A stretch of 64,000 nucleotides of DNA from a virus. Its lineage: Duplodnaviria > Caudoviricetes. The notes below the pieces were generated by a model. It was not told the DNA's origin. It was given only the letters and a program-made list of their open reading frames with translations, and made no database searches. The DNA lies in IMG/VR virus record IMGVR_UViG_2859895461_000003, positions 25,376 through 89,375 of that record, one strand, 5' to 3'. This document shows, one piece after another, positions 40,284-50,722 of this stretch. A program made the position numbers and the translations under genes. Each line of letters starts with the position of its first letter. Positions within the stretch are counted from its first letter, which is position 1.

Positions 40284-40991
40284 ATTATAAAAATAATTAT
40301 ATTAATTATAAAAAGTACACGACAAAAGTGAAACAATTTTATTTATTTGTATATACTTAGCATTATTTAATTTTTTATTGAATATTAGAAATTAAAGTTG
40401 CTAAGTAGCTATTGGAGCAGGCTGAGATATTGAAAAACGATTAAAAAATATTTTCTAAAGGAAGAAATACATTATTAAGTAAATTAGATAAAAGAAAAAG
40501 AAGATTAACTTATTTTCAGTCTTTTGCATATAAAAAGGCTATTTTATCAGTTATATTTGATGGCAAGAAATGTTTCTAGGAAGATGTGAAGGGTCAGTAA
40601 GCAACCAAAATAGAAAGATTGTAGAAACAATATGGTTCTATTCAAGTGGATAGAGTACTAAAATAAACGCAGTAAAAATCCAAAGAATAGTATATTTATT
40701 ACAAAAATTTCAAAAAAATTAGTAAAGTTAGCAGAAATAATTATAGAGAAATGTTTTTAATTATAAAAGGGAAGCCGTGGTATTCTCCTTTAATTTCAAA
40801 AATTAAAGTCTTCTTTAATAGATCAAATAATATGATGTTAAAAAGCAGAATTATGTTGAATATGTTGGAAATATGACTATATTTCGCCATGAAGATTGTG
40901 ATATAATTATCATTAACATAATAAAAATAGTGAAATATAATGTAATGAAAGGTTATTATTTAGGATAATATATTCGAAAGGAAAGATTTAA

Positions 40992-42488
40992 TTGAAACCT
41001 ATGAACTTACTATCACTAATTAATGCAAAGAATAGTTTGTCAACATCAGTATTTGAGCTATATCTAAGGAAATTTAATATAAAAAAGCCAAAAGCAAATG
41101 AATTAAAAGATTTAGAATCTTTGGTAAATCAACTTGTAGTTAATTCAGCACAAATAATTATTCTTGATCAATTTTATATCGGTTATATTATAGAGCAGAT
41201 AAGCAAGGAGTTTGATTTATTAAGATTTGGAGAAGAAAGTATAATTAATATCGAACTTAAGTCTAAAAGTACTGGAGAAAGAATTAAGAGGCAGTTAGTG
41301 AAAAACAGATACTATCTTAGCTTTTTAGAGAAGGAAATATTTAGCTTTACTTATATAGCAGAAGATAAGAAGTTATTTTATCTAAGTGAAAACAACAATC
41401 TAATAGAAACTGATTTCTCTTTTTTAATTTCTAAATTAAATAATCAGGAATTAAGTGAAATTGAAAATGTAGACAAACTGTTTAATCCATCTAATTATTT
41501 AGTCTCTCCATTTAATTCAACGGAAGCTTTTATGAAGGGGCAATATTTTTTAACTGATCACCAAATAAATATAAAAAAAAGTATATTAAAATTAGGCATA
41601 GAAACAGGTGCTTGTTTTATTACTATAGAAGGCTCCGCAGGTACAGGTAAAACTCTTTTAACATATGATATTGCAAAAGAATATAGAAATAACTTAAAAA
41701 ATGTTCTTATTTTTCACTGTGGAAGTCTTAATGATGGTCATAATAAACTTAAGGATGAGTATTCTTGGGAAATAGCTTCAGTCAAGAACTTTGAATTTTA
41801 CAATTTGAAAAATTATGATTTAGTAATAATAGATGAAGTTCAAAGAATATATAAAAATCAGTTAGATAGCATATTAAATAATATAAAAAAAACAAATGCT
41901 ACATGTATTTTATCATATGATTCCAAACAATGCCTTGCACGTTGGGAAATAGAAAATAATATACCTCAATATATTAAAGAACAAGTTTCACCTAGACATT
42001 TTAAGTTAACAGATAAGATTAGAACTAATAAAGAAATAGCATCATTTATTAAAAATTTATTTGATTTATCAAAAATAAATCCAACTATAAAATATTCTAA
42101 TATTGATATTCAATACTTTTCAAATTCCACTAATGCAAGAGAATATATAGGTATACTTAGTCAACAAAGTTGGAAAGTGATAAATTATACACCTTCAATG
42201 TATGAACTTTATCCATATGATAGGTATCAAAACAGAGAGAATGATAGTGCACATAAAGTTATTGGTCAAGAATATGACAAGGTAGTCGCTGTGATAGATG
42301 AACATTTTTATTATAGGAAAGATGAATACTTATCAACTAAGGGCTGGTCTTCACAGCCATATTATCATCCGACTAGAATGCTTTTTCAAATATTGACAAG
42401 AACTAGAAAGAAACTCAGTATTATTATTATTAATAATGAACCTATACTTAATCAATGTATGAAAATTTTGGGGATAAATGATTTATAA
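40992..42488 (+). CDS. Nuclease-helicase (PD-(D/E)xK plus Schlafen-group-3/DUF2075 SF1 helicase)
   Basis: EFDLL..INIELKS; GSAGTGKT; IIDEVQR; GQEYD; LTRTR. Confidence 0.8.
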   Translation: MKPMNLLSLINAKNSLSTSVFELYLRKFNIKKPKANELKDLESLVNQLVVNSAQIIILDQFYIGYIIEQISKEFDLLRFGEESIINIELKSKSTGERIKRQLVKNRYYLSFLEKEIFSFTYIAEDKKLFYLSENNNLIETDFSFLISKLNNQELSEIENVDKLFNPSNYLVSPFNSTEAFMKGQYFLTDHQINIKKSILKLGIETGACFITIEGSAGTGKTLLTYDIAKEYRNNLKNVLIFHCGSLNDGHNKLKDEYSWEIASVKNFEFYNLKNYDLVIIDEVQRIYKNQLDSILNNIKKTNATCILSYDSKQCLARWEIENNIPQYIKEQVSPRHFKLTDKIRTNKEIASFIKNLFDLSKINPTIKYSNIDIQYFSNSTNAREYIGILSQQSWKVINYTPSMYELYPYDRYQNRENDSAHKVIGQEYDKVVAVIDEHFYYRKDEYLSTKGWSSQPYYHPTRMLFQILTRTRKKLSIIIINNEPILNQCMKILGINDL

Positions 42489-42852
42489 CAAAAATATGAC
42501 TTTTTATAAAATAAACGCTTAAAAAGATATAATTTATTTTAAATCCATAAGGGTTATTTATAATTTTGCTATTATAAGGGTATTCCATAAGAACTATAGA
42601 TATACATAAATATCATGCAAATCCTAGAAACACATTAAGGATTAATCTATGTGTTATAGTAATTATAAGTAATATAAAAATACTGTAATAGAGTAATTAC
42701 ATATGTTCATAACTTTTTTAAAGAAGTTAAAAATTATAGTATTTAAATAATTGACGAATATTATTTATGAAATAAGGAAATGTACAATATTGTGTTATAA
42801 ATTTTATATAATTTATTAGTACTATTTTTAATTTATGTTAAGAGGTTAAAAA

Positions 42853-45231
42853 ATGAATAAAAAAATAATAAAAGAACTTTATGAGAAGATTTTGAAAAAG
42901 AAAAAAGGATGTAAATATTATAAAATAGATTTACATATTCATACTCTAGCATCGAAATGTTATACTTCAAGTTTTGATAATATTAAAGATGAGTATATTA
43001 GAATACTAGACGAAGCATTGGAAAATGAAATAAGAATTATAGCAATAACAGATCATAATACTGTTAAAGGATATTATGAGTTGATGAATATATTAAGTGA
43101 GGATAAGAGTTTAAGGGACAAATATAAAAAAATATTAATTTTACCAGGAATTGAAATATCTAATTTTGGTAAACATATTTTAGCCATTTTCCCCAAGGAT
43201 AAAACTGAAAATGAACTGGGTACATTTCTATATAATATTGGGATAGAACATAGTGAACAAGGTGATGAAGATTCAGATGCTTATAAGATTACTCCATTAG
43301 AGTTATTACGTAAAATAAATGAAAATGGTGGACTAGCAATATTAGCACATGCAGACGCCACTAATGGTATGTTAGAAAAATTACTTCATTCTACAAAAAA
43401 AGGAAAAGATATAAGTTCTGAATTATGGATACAAAAAGGAAAAAGCTTAGCATCAATAATAAGAAGTGAATATTTAATGGGTATAAGTATAAATGACAGT
43501 TCACTTAAAGAAAAGCTATTAAAAGATATTCTCAATAATAAACAGTATAGAAGAGATAAGAGTATTCCTATAGTGTACTTTTCGGATAGCCATAGTGCAA
43601 CAATAGATAAAAAGCATAAAGGAGATGGGAAAGCAATTGGTGAGAGATTTTCAATAATTAAATTATCTGAATTATCATTTCATGGTTTAAGAATTGCTTT
43701 CCAAGATCCAGAAGTACGTATATATGATGAGATACCAATTAATGAATATCCTTATGTTGAGGGAGCAGCAGTTTGTGGAGGTTATATAGGAACAGGGACT
43801 TCAGAATTTCAATGTTTTAGATTTAATGAAGCACTAAACTGCATTATCGGTGCAAGAGGGACAGGAAAGTCTACATTACTTAATATAATTCAATATACTT
43901 TATTTCCGTATGATAATAATGATGATGTTGTATCTAGATTTGATTTATCAGTTGTATATTTAAATTATAAAGGAGAAATATATGCATTTGTCTGTGAACC
44001 AAAATTGGTTATTGATGAATATACTGAGGAATTAATAAATTATAAAAAGGAGCCCACTATTTATAAATTGAGCAGAAGTGGAAATTTTTATAAAAATGAT
44101 ACAGGTCAACTTATGTATAAAGAGTTAAAGAGCTTTTCATCTGTGGCGTATAAACAAAGAGATATATTTAATTATGCTCAAGATGAGAAAGGTCCTATTG
44201 AGTTAATTAACAATTTAATAATGATATCTAACAAGGAAAAATATATTACATTATTAAAGGAGATTAAAACTGAGAAAGATTTACTTATGGATAATATAAA
44301 GTCTATTTCTAAGTCTGGACATAAAAATTATTTGGAATATTGGAATGAGGATGAAGAAGATGAAATAGAAGAAGTCATTGAACCTTTTATAGAGATATTA
44401 AAGCTTTATAATGAATTACATAAATTAAGACAAGATATTATTAGTAAGATTAATAATGTATTAGAAGACCAAGTTAAACTTAGCATAATAAAAATTTTTT
44501 CAAGATCAAATCTAATAAGCATAATTGATGATACAATAGGACGTTGTAGAAGAAAATTTAATATTACATATGAAAAACAAAGATGGTTGAGGAAACAATT
44601 AGAAAGAATAATAATTATAAGTCAAACTATTAATGAATGGCAGTTCCCTATAGCAGTATTAAATAATGATGAAAATTATATAGCACAAACTTTTAAAATA
44701 GAGATTAAGGATGCTAATGAACTTTTAAGGTATATACGACCAGTATTTAATATTTGGACACTAGCTAAATGGCCTATGGACACAATTGGGTTTCAATATA
44801 ATACCAATAATGGAATAAACAATAAAAAAAGATTTATGGATAGTAAAAAATTGTCTATGGGACAAAAATCAGTAGCTATGTTATTGATAATTCTTACGGC
44901 TGCTTATGATTTAGGTGATAATAGACCATTAATTATTGATCAGCCAGAAGATGACCTTGATAACATATATATTTACTCTAGTTTAGTTAAAGAATTTAGA
45001 AAAATAAAAAACAGTAGGCAATTGATATTTGCAACTCATAATGCAAATATACCCATATCTGGAGATGCTGAAAATATTATTATACTTGAATCTAATGGAG
45101 ACAATGGATTTGTTAAAATTACAGGATCTATTGATAAAGTAAGCATAAGCGAAAAGGTGTTAAATATTCTTGAAGGAGGAAGACAAGCACTAGATTTAAG
45201 AAATAGCAAATATCCTCCATTTATTACTTAG
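42853..45231 (+). CDS. PHP phosphoesterase-ABC ATPase fusion (Ppl/TrlF-like anti-phage protein)
   Basis: DLHIHT, ITDHN, AHAD, FSDSH; GARGTGKST, LSMGQ, IIDQPEDDLD, ATHN. Confidence 0.88.
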   Translation: MNKKIIKELYEKILKKKKGCKYYKIDLHIHTLASKCYTSSFDNIKDEYIRILDEALENEIRIIAITDHNTVKGYYELMNILSEDKSLRDKYKKILILPGIEISNFGKHILAIFPKDKTENELGTFLYNIGIEHSEQGDEDSDAYKITPLELLRKINENGGLAILAHADATNGMLEKLLHSTKKGKDISSELWIQKGKSLASIIRSEYLMGISINDSSLKEKLLKDILNNKQYRRDKSIPIVYFSDSHSATIDKKHKGDGKAIGERFSIIKLSELSFHGLRIAFQDPEVRIYDEIPINEYPYVEGAAVCGGYIGTGTSEFQCFRFNEALNCIIGARGTGKSTLLNIIQYTLFPYDNNDDVVSRFDLSVVYLNYKGEIYAFVCEPKLVIDEYTEELINYKKEPTIYKLSRSGNFYKNDTGQLMYKELKSFSSVAYKQRDIFNYAQDEKGPIELINNLIMISNKEKYITLLKEIKTEKDLLMDNIKSISKSGHKNYLEYWNEDEEDEIEEVIEPFIEILKLYNELHKLRQDIISKINNVLEDQVKLSIIKIFSRSNLISIIDDTIGRCRRKFNITYEKQRWLRKQLERIIIISQTINEWQFPIAVLNNDENYIAQTFKIEIKDANELLRYIRPVFNIWTLAKWPMDTIGFQYNTNNGINNKKRFMDSKKLSMGQKSVAMLLIILTAAYDLGDNRPLIIDQPEDDLDNIYIYSSLVKEFRKIKNSRQLIFATHNANIPISGDAENIIILESNGDNGFVKITGSIDKVSISEKVLNILEGGRQALDLRNSKYPPFIT

Positions 45232-45517
45232 AAATAATATATTGTATGCTTTAAAGGTGTAATAAATATCATTAATAGTATAAAAATATAAGAATAAATT
45301 ATTAAAATTTATCATTATCCATAAATTTGTACAGTTCATGTTTATAAAATGCAAATAATTTAACTAGCGCAATAGGTTAATTTATATAAATGTATATGAT
45401 AAAAAGTAAAAAAACACGACAATTAAAAAATTAGTAATAATTTTGTAAGGATATCTAATAAAGGATAAGTAAATAATCTTTATTTAATAATGATATTAAA
45501 GAAGAGTTGAGGAGAAA

Positions 45518-46798
45518 ATGCAGGAAGTAAAAATATTTATTAATAGATTAATAAAAACTATAATATTATCTTCAATATTATTTTATACAATTAACATTAG
45601 TACAGCTCAATATTTCTTAATTATATTATGTATGTGGGCTTTATTATTTTTGAATTATAATATTAAGAAAAATTTAGAGATTTTTGATCTGTTCATTATT
45701 ACATCTCTAGGCAATTTCATATCATATATATTTGTGAACAAGATATCTAATAGTATAATATTTAGTGAAAGAATTACTTGGAGATGTAGTATAATACTTT
45801 CATTATTTTTATTAATTTTATCAATTTATAGTCTTTTATTGAGTTCATCTAAAAATAATAATTTAAATAACGAAAAATTATTATCTAAGAGAGAAAAAGA
45901 TTTAGAACGACTTTTATATTATTTAGATATGTTTGATATTATAGGAATAAATGCTGAATGGGGAACAGGAAAAACATTTTTGATTAATGAATTGAAAAAG
46001 AAGATCAAAGATGACTATGAAATTGTTGAAATAGATGTTTTATCATGTAATCTTAATGAACTTCAATTAATCTTAATAAAAGAAATTGAAAAAATAATGT
46101 ATAAGAATAGGATAATATCTAAGTATTCAAATAAATTAAAAAAATTTCTAGCTGATGAGAAATTCATGCAAAAGTTATGGAATCTAATTTTCCCAGAAAA
46201 TTACTCCTATTCTGAAACAATAAAAGGATTTAAAGATGAATTAGGTAAAATAGATAAAAAAATTTTGATAATTTATGAAGATATAGATAGAATTTCAGAT
46301 AAAGAAATTATTAAAAGTATATTTGGATTATCAGAAAAACTTTCTAGTAATAATATAAAAATCATTTACCAATATGATGAATATAAATTAAATGCAATTG
46401 GTTTTGATAGTGATTATTTAGAGAAATATATACCTTATAAGATGAATTTGACAAGAATGAATTTTTTTGAAATTATAAAATTTGTATTAGACCAGAATAA
46501 TATAGATAGTAATGTATTACAGATGAGAGATTTTGAATTTATGCAAGAATATAATTTAAAATATAGATATAATAGTTTACAAGATAAGTTTGAAATGAAT
46601 AATGGGATATATTTAAATTTTTTTAATTTCAGCATAAGGAAAGTTGAACATTATATATTTAAATTAAGTAATATATTAAAAGTTGAAGAATATAAGAAAT
46701 TCCAAGATACCTTAATTAGTTTCTTTGTTATAAAACATTTTATAACAAAGGTATATAAGAAAATGAATATTGAGCAAGGGTTAGTAGAGTATCTATAA
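45518..46798 (+). pseudogene. KAP-family P-loop NTPase, C-terminally truncated
   Basis: N-terminal TMs, WGTGKT, YEDIDR; stop codon supplied by the inserted repeat at 46788. Confidence 0.75.
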
Positions 46799-47039
46799 AA
46801 AAATGTGTATAACATAATTAATAAGTGTTTAGATTGATTATATAAGATATATAAACTAAATGAGATGAATTTAAAGTATAAAATAAAAAATATCAATCTA
46901 GATAAGTTGATGGATTTTATAGAGAATTGATTCATTTTATGGTAATATTTAATAATAAAGTAAAATTTCTTTAAGAGGTCTAAATAAATAATGAGTATAG
47001 AGAGATATGTATTCAAGAAAAAATTTGTAAATTTAAAAT
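46788..47039 (+). repeat. Element left end, copy 2
   Basis: Aligns with 32961-33194 with an ~18-bp insertion; includes first 16 integrase codons. Confidence 0.9.
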
Positions 47040-47245
47040 ATAAATATGGAAACAGACACTTTTGGTGTACAGAATTCTATGTTAATATAGTTGGACGTAA
47101 TAAAAAAGTTATTGAAGAGTATATAAAAAACCAACAGAAAGAAGACATGATGTCAGAACAAATAAGTATAAAAGGATATATAGATATTTTTCTAAGAGCA
47201 GCAAGTAACAAAATATGCAGCTGGAAGAACGAAAAAGCTCCTTAA
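46991..47245 (+). pseudogene. tnpA: Chimera of integrase N-terminus and IS200/IS605 tnpA C-terminal fragment
   Basis: MSIERYVFKKK.VNLK then YKYGNRHFWC..YV..VG.N...IEEYIKNQ (Y1 HUH transposase tail). Confidence 0.8.
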
Positions 47246-47360
47246 AGCTTAATGCTAGTAAAATGTCCTTATACGATGATAAAAATACAATCAGCCAAAT
47301 TGATAGATTCTTATTATCATTACTATATAGTTAAAAAAGTATGGGAAAAATTTAGGAGGA

Positions 47361-48317
47361 ATGTATATGTTAAAGGGAATAGATGTATCAGAGCAACAAG
47401 GGGAAATTGACTGGAAGGCTGTAAAAAACAGTGGAATACAATTTGCTATTTTAAGAGCTGGCTATGGTAAAAATAATATAGATAAACAATTTATAAATAA
47501 TGCAAATGGATGTACAAGTGTGGGAATGCCATTTGGACTATATTGGTTTAGTTATGCTTATACAGAGGATATGGCAAGAAAAGAAGCACAATATTGCATA
47601 GCTCAAGCAACCAAGTATAAAATAAGTTATCCTATTTGTTATGATCTTGAGTATGACACTATAAGATATGCTAATAACTGCGGAGTAACTATTACAAAAT
47701 CTTTGGCTACTAAAATGGTCCATGAATTTTGCCAAGAAGTAGAAAGAAACGGATATTTTTCAATGAATTATTCTAATCAAGATTTTTTATTAAATAAATT
47801 TGATAGCAGTTTATTAAAGAGATATGCATTGTGGTATGCTTGGTATAATAATAGTTTAAACAGAAAGTGTGGTATATGGCAATATAGTGAAAATGGAAGA
47901 GTACCAGGAATAGCTGGGGCAGCTGTAGATATGAACTACTGCTATTTAAACATGGCAGAAGGGCCCAATACAAAGCTAAATAATAATACATCTAGAGGAG
48001 AGCATTATCTAATAAGAGAACTCCAACAAGAAATAAACTCCCAAGGATTTGGGAAAGTTGTAGTTGATGGAATAGCAGGACGGGCAACTATTAATAGTGC
48101 ACCAATTTGTAAGCAAGGTGAGAGAGGTGGAATAACAAAAGTTATACAACAGATGCTTATAAACATAGGATATCCAGTTGGAAGTCATGGAGCAGATGGA
48201 GTCTTTGGTGATGATACAGCAACGGCAATAAAAGCATTTCAAAGAGATTGCCACTTAGTAGTAGATGGAATTGTGGGAAAAGAAACATGGGAAGCATTAT
48301 TTAGAAATTTAAAATAA
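47361..48317 (+). CDS. lycA: GH25 lysozyme with two PG-binding domains (LycA)
   Basis: GIDVSEQQG, LRAGYG, YDLE, WQYS; typical neighbour of orfX clusters. Confidence 0.88.
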   Translation: MYMLKGIDVSEQQGEIDWKAVKNSGIQFAILRAGYGKNNIDKQFINNANGCTSVGMPFGLYWFSYAYTEDMARKEAQYCIAQATKYKISYPICYDLEYDTIRYANNCGVTITKSLATKMVHEFCQEVERNGYFSMNYSNQDFLLNKFDSSLLKRYALWYAWYNNSLNRKCGIWQYSENGRVPGIAGAAVDMNYCYLNMAEGPNTKLNNNTSRGEHYLIRELQQEINSQGFGKVVVDGIAGRATINSAPICKQGERGGITKVIQQMLINIGYPVGSHGADGVFGDDTATAIKAFQRDCHLVVDGIVGKETWEALFRNLK

Positions 48318-48599
48318 ATATCAAAAAGAAAGTAGTTCCTTAATTGGAGCTAACTTCTCTTTTTATTTTGAAAAGTATAAATATTATCTTGTAATTTTCT
48401 TATTAAATAAAGAAAGGAACTCAAAATCAATGAATCCCATATACATAGAATTTTCTATGTATATCGGTTTAGTGTTTTAGCTTATTTTTATTATATTCAA
48501 GATATGGATATTGTAGTACCAAAACACAATATATGTTTTGAGGGAAAACTATAGAGGGTATAAAATTTGATGGGTATCCACAGGCTTGTGGGAGTCCTA

Positions 48600-48790
48600 G
48601 AGGTGAAGTGATGACAGAAGAATAGGCATTAGAAGTTTGATAGGGAATTTAAAAAATAGGTCAAATAAGAATATTAAAAAAAGAAATTATAAAATTAAGA
48701 AACGAAGCTTGGAAAAATAGGAAAATATTTTCCAAAGAAGGTCAAATCTATAAGATTATAGAAGAAAAAGAAAAGCAAATAACACATAAA
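48600..48790 (+). pseudogene. Degenerate IS3-like orfA fragment
   Basis: GAGGTG RBS, broken frames KFDREFKK and KEGQIYKIIEEKEKQI. Confidence 0.35.
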
Positions 48791-48794
48791 TTAT

Positions 48795-48985
48795 GCCCTT
48801 AGAGGTTCACGAATAGTGAGCTACAACTAGGAGTATGTCCACCCAATCACCTTTGTACTTGCCTTGAAGGTATGTGCAGGTACAAAGGTGGTTGGGATTA
48901 GTCACAAATACACTAAGCCGACGGGTACCCTAAAAAGGACTTGAAGGACTTAGATAAACTTAGTCTATAAGTGGCTTGAAGGTGT
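48795..48985 (+). ncRNA. GC-richer structured noncoding segment (possible IS end RNA)
   Basis: 21-bp hairpin 48842-48896 with two G-U pairs on + strand. Confidence 0.35.
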
Positions 48986-49130
48986 AAAATTATGTATATT
49001 AGTAATAACTTTAATTTTACAATTTTAAAGCTTTATTTTAATTAATCTTTTTACAAAGTTAGAAGAAGATAAAGAATGAAAAATCTTTAAAATATTGAAA
49101 AACACATTAAGATTTAAGGAGAAAATTAAA

Positions 49131-49158
49131 AAGCATAAGGTTATAGAACCTTATGCTT
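49131..49158 (-). terminator. orfX operon terminator
   Basis: AAGCATAAGGTT-ATAG-AACCTTATGCTT, T-rich tail on minus strand. Confidence 0.75.
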
Positions 49159-49220
49159 AAGAAATATTTTAAACATATCATTATAAAGGATAATTGGAGA
49201 TTTAAAATGATAATATATAA

Positions 49221-50696
49221 TTAAGTATTTTGTACTTGTAAAGCTCCTCCTAATTGAAGAGGTCCAGCTAAAGCTACGTAATTAAGATTAAAGATATCAC
49301 TAGAATTCCATGTGATTTCAGAAACTGAATTTTCTAATGATAAATCTATACTTGGGGCTGTATTAACATTATAGCTTTCAATAAAACTGGGAATAAGAGT
49401 TACACTTCCTACTAATGCACCGCCTATTAAAGCAAGTGCTAAATATGATCCAATACCTGGTACAAATTCTAATGCAAAACTTAATGTTGCAATTAAAAGC
49501 CCTTTTATGATTTCAAAACCTACATCCGTTGTTTTCTCAGTATATTGATTATTGATTGGAGTACCAATTTGTTTATATGTTATAGTTTGTTCTCCTCTAT
49601 CATTTTTACCTAATTTAAATATATATTCGCAAATAGTTTCACAAATTGAAGAAACTCCTACTGGTAGATCAACTCTTGTAGTAGATTCAAGTCTTAGATA
49701 ATTTCCTAATAAAGATACTTTCATCTTTTGGATATAAGGTGTACAAGTATAACCACAAGCATTTATATTATCTAAATCAATTTTCTTACCTTCTTTTAAT
49801 TTTAATATATAGCTATATCCTCCTCCTTGGTTACTCTGATTAATTACTTCGAATTCATCTCCCTTACATTTAGGAAATTTCTTTGGGATAGTAGGAAGTA
49901 ATATATTTTTTAGTAGTCTTTCTTCAGAAATTAAAAATCCTGATTGAGATTCTTTAGGGATAGCATAAGAATCAATCTTTTGCTGCTGATTTTTTGATCC
50001 TTTTCTACCATCAGTCATACATAATACTCCCAAAGCACTTTTAGATAGATCTCCATCTATTTCTGAATAAGCATAATCTACATAACTTGGTTTAGTCCAT
50101 TTCCATTTCTCATTATTAGATATATATAAATTTAAATTAACTGTATTAAAAACATAGTTAAAAAAGTATAAATTTTTTTCAAACCATTCTTTAATTAATC
50201 TATAAAAATAATCCATGACAAATTCATCATCTTCAGTCATTAATAAACTTTCTTTAGCGTCATCATTAAAATAAAAACCTTCTATATCATTATATGATGG
50301 AATAATTATAATAGCTGGGTCTTCTGCGTTATTTGATTTTGTTCTTATTTTTAAATCCACTAATTCTTCATTCCTATTTTTACTTTGGGGAAAGTGGGGT
50401 AAATATTTAAGTTTTACTTGAATTTCTAAATTTGCAGATTCAAAGCCTCCTGTACCACTTAGATATTTTCCTATAATATTAGCTTTAAAATTTTTAATCG
50501 GAATTTTAAGCCTAATATTTCCTCCATCTCCCCCACTTATAATTTGCCATTCTTGAAAACTACCTTTACAATCTCCATATTTACCATCTAAAAGTTTAAA
50601 TTGTTCAGGTGTAGGATGTTTAAATTTAATGGCTTCATTAACAATATCTATTGGAACTGCATATACAGTATCCCAATTTAAAGTTGTCGTTTGCAT
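49221..50696 (-). CDS. orfX3: Neurotoxin cluster protein OrfX3
   Basis: MQTTTLNWDTVYAV; P47/TULIP-like; cluster position. Confidence 0.95.
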   Translation of the reverse strand: MQTTTLNWDTVYAVPIDIVNEAIKFKHPTPEQFKLLDGKYGDCKGSFQEWQIISGGDGGNIRLKIPIKNFKANIIGKYLSGTGGFESANLEIQVKLKYLPHFPQSKNRNEELVDLKIRTKSNNAEDPAIIIIPSYNDIEGFYFNDDAKESLLMTEDDEFVMDYFYRLIKEWFEKNLYFFNYVFNTVNLNLYISNNEKWKWTKPSYVDYAYSEIDGDLSKSALGVLCMTDGRKGSKNQQQKIDSYAIPKESQSGFLISEERLLKNILLPTIPKKFPKCKGDEFEVINQSNQGGGYSYILKLKEGKKIDLDNINACGYTCTPYIQKMKVSLLGNYLRLESTTRVDLPVGVSSICETICEYIFKLGKNDRGEQTITYKQIGTPINNQYTEKTTDVGFEIIKGLLIATLSFALEFVPGIGSYLALALIGGALVGSVTLIPSFIESYNVNTAPSIDLSLENSVSEITWNSSDIFNLNYVALAGPLQLGGALQVQNT

Positions 50697-50722
50697 TAAC
50701 CTTGACACCTCCTTAACAAAAT

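Larger units (their letters stand above)
32961..46787 (+). mobile_element. Tyrosine-recombinase integrative element (GInt/SE-like four-gene core) with defence cargo
   Basis: Three recombinase-fold ORFs plus small ORF; left end defined by repeat at 46788; true right end not identified. Confidence 0.7.

Noticed and set aside
40380-40800. Possible IS5-like fragments (NRKIVETIWF, STKINAV)
   Set aside because: Too short and degenerate to support a call
32961-47039. Direct repeat as attL/attR of one element
   Set aside because: The repeat is long, includes integrase codons in both copies and interrupts a gene, which fits two left ends rather than att cores
48439-48464. 12-bp palindrome ATATACATAGAA-TT-TTCTATGTATAT
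   Set aside because: Real but isolated; no function can be assigned from sequence
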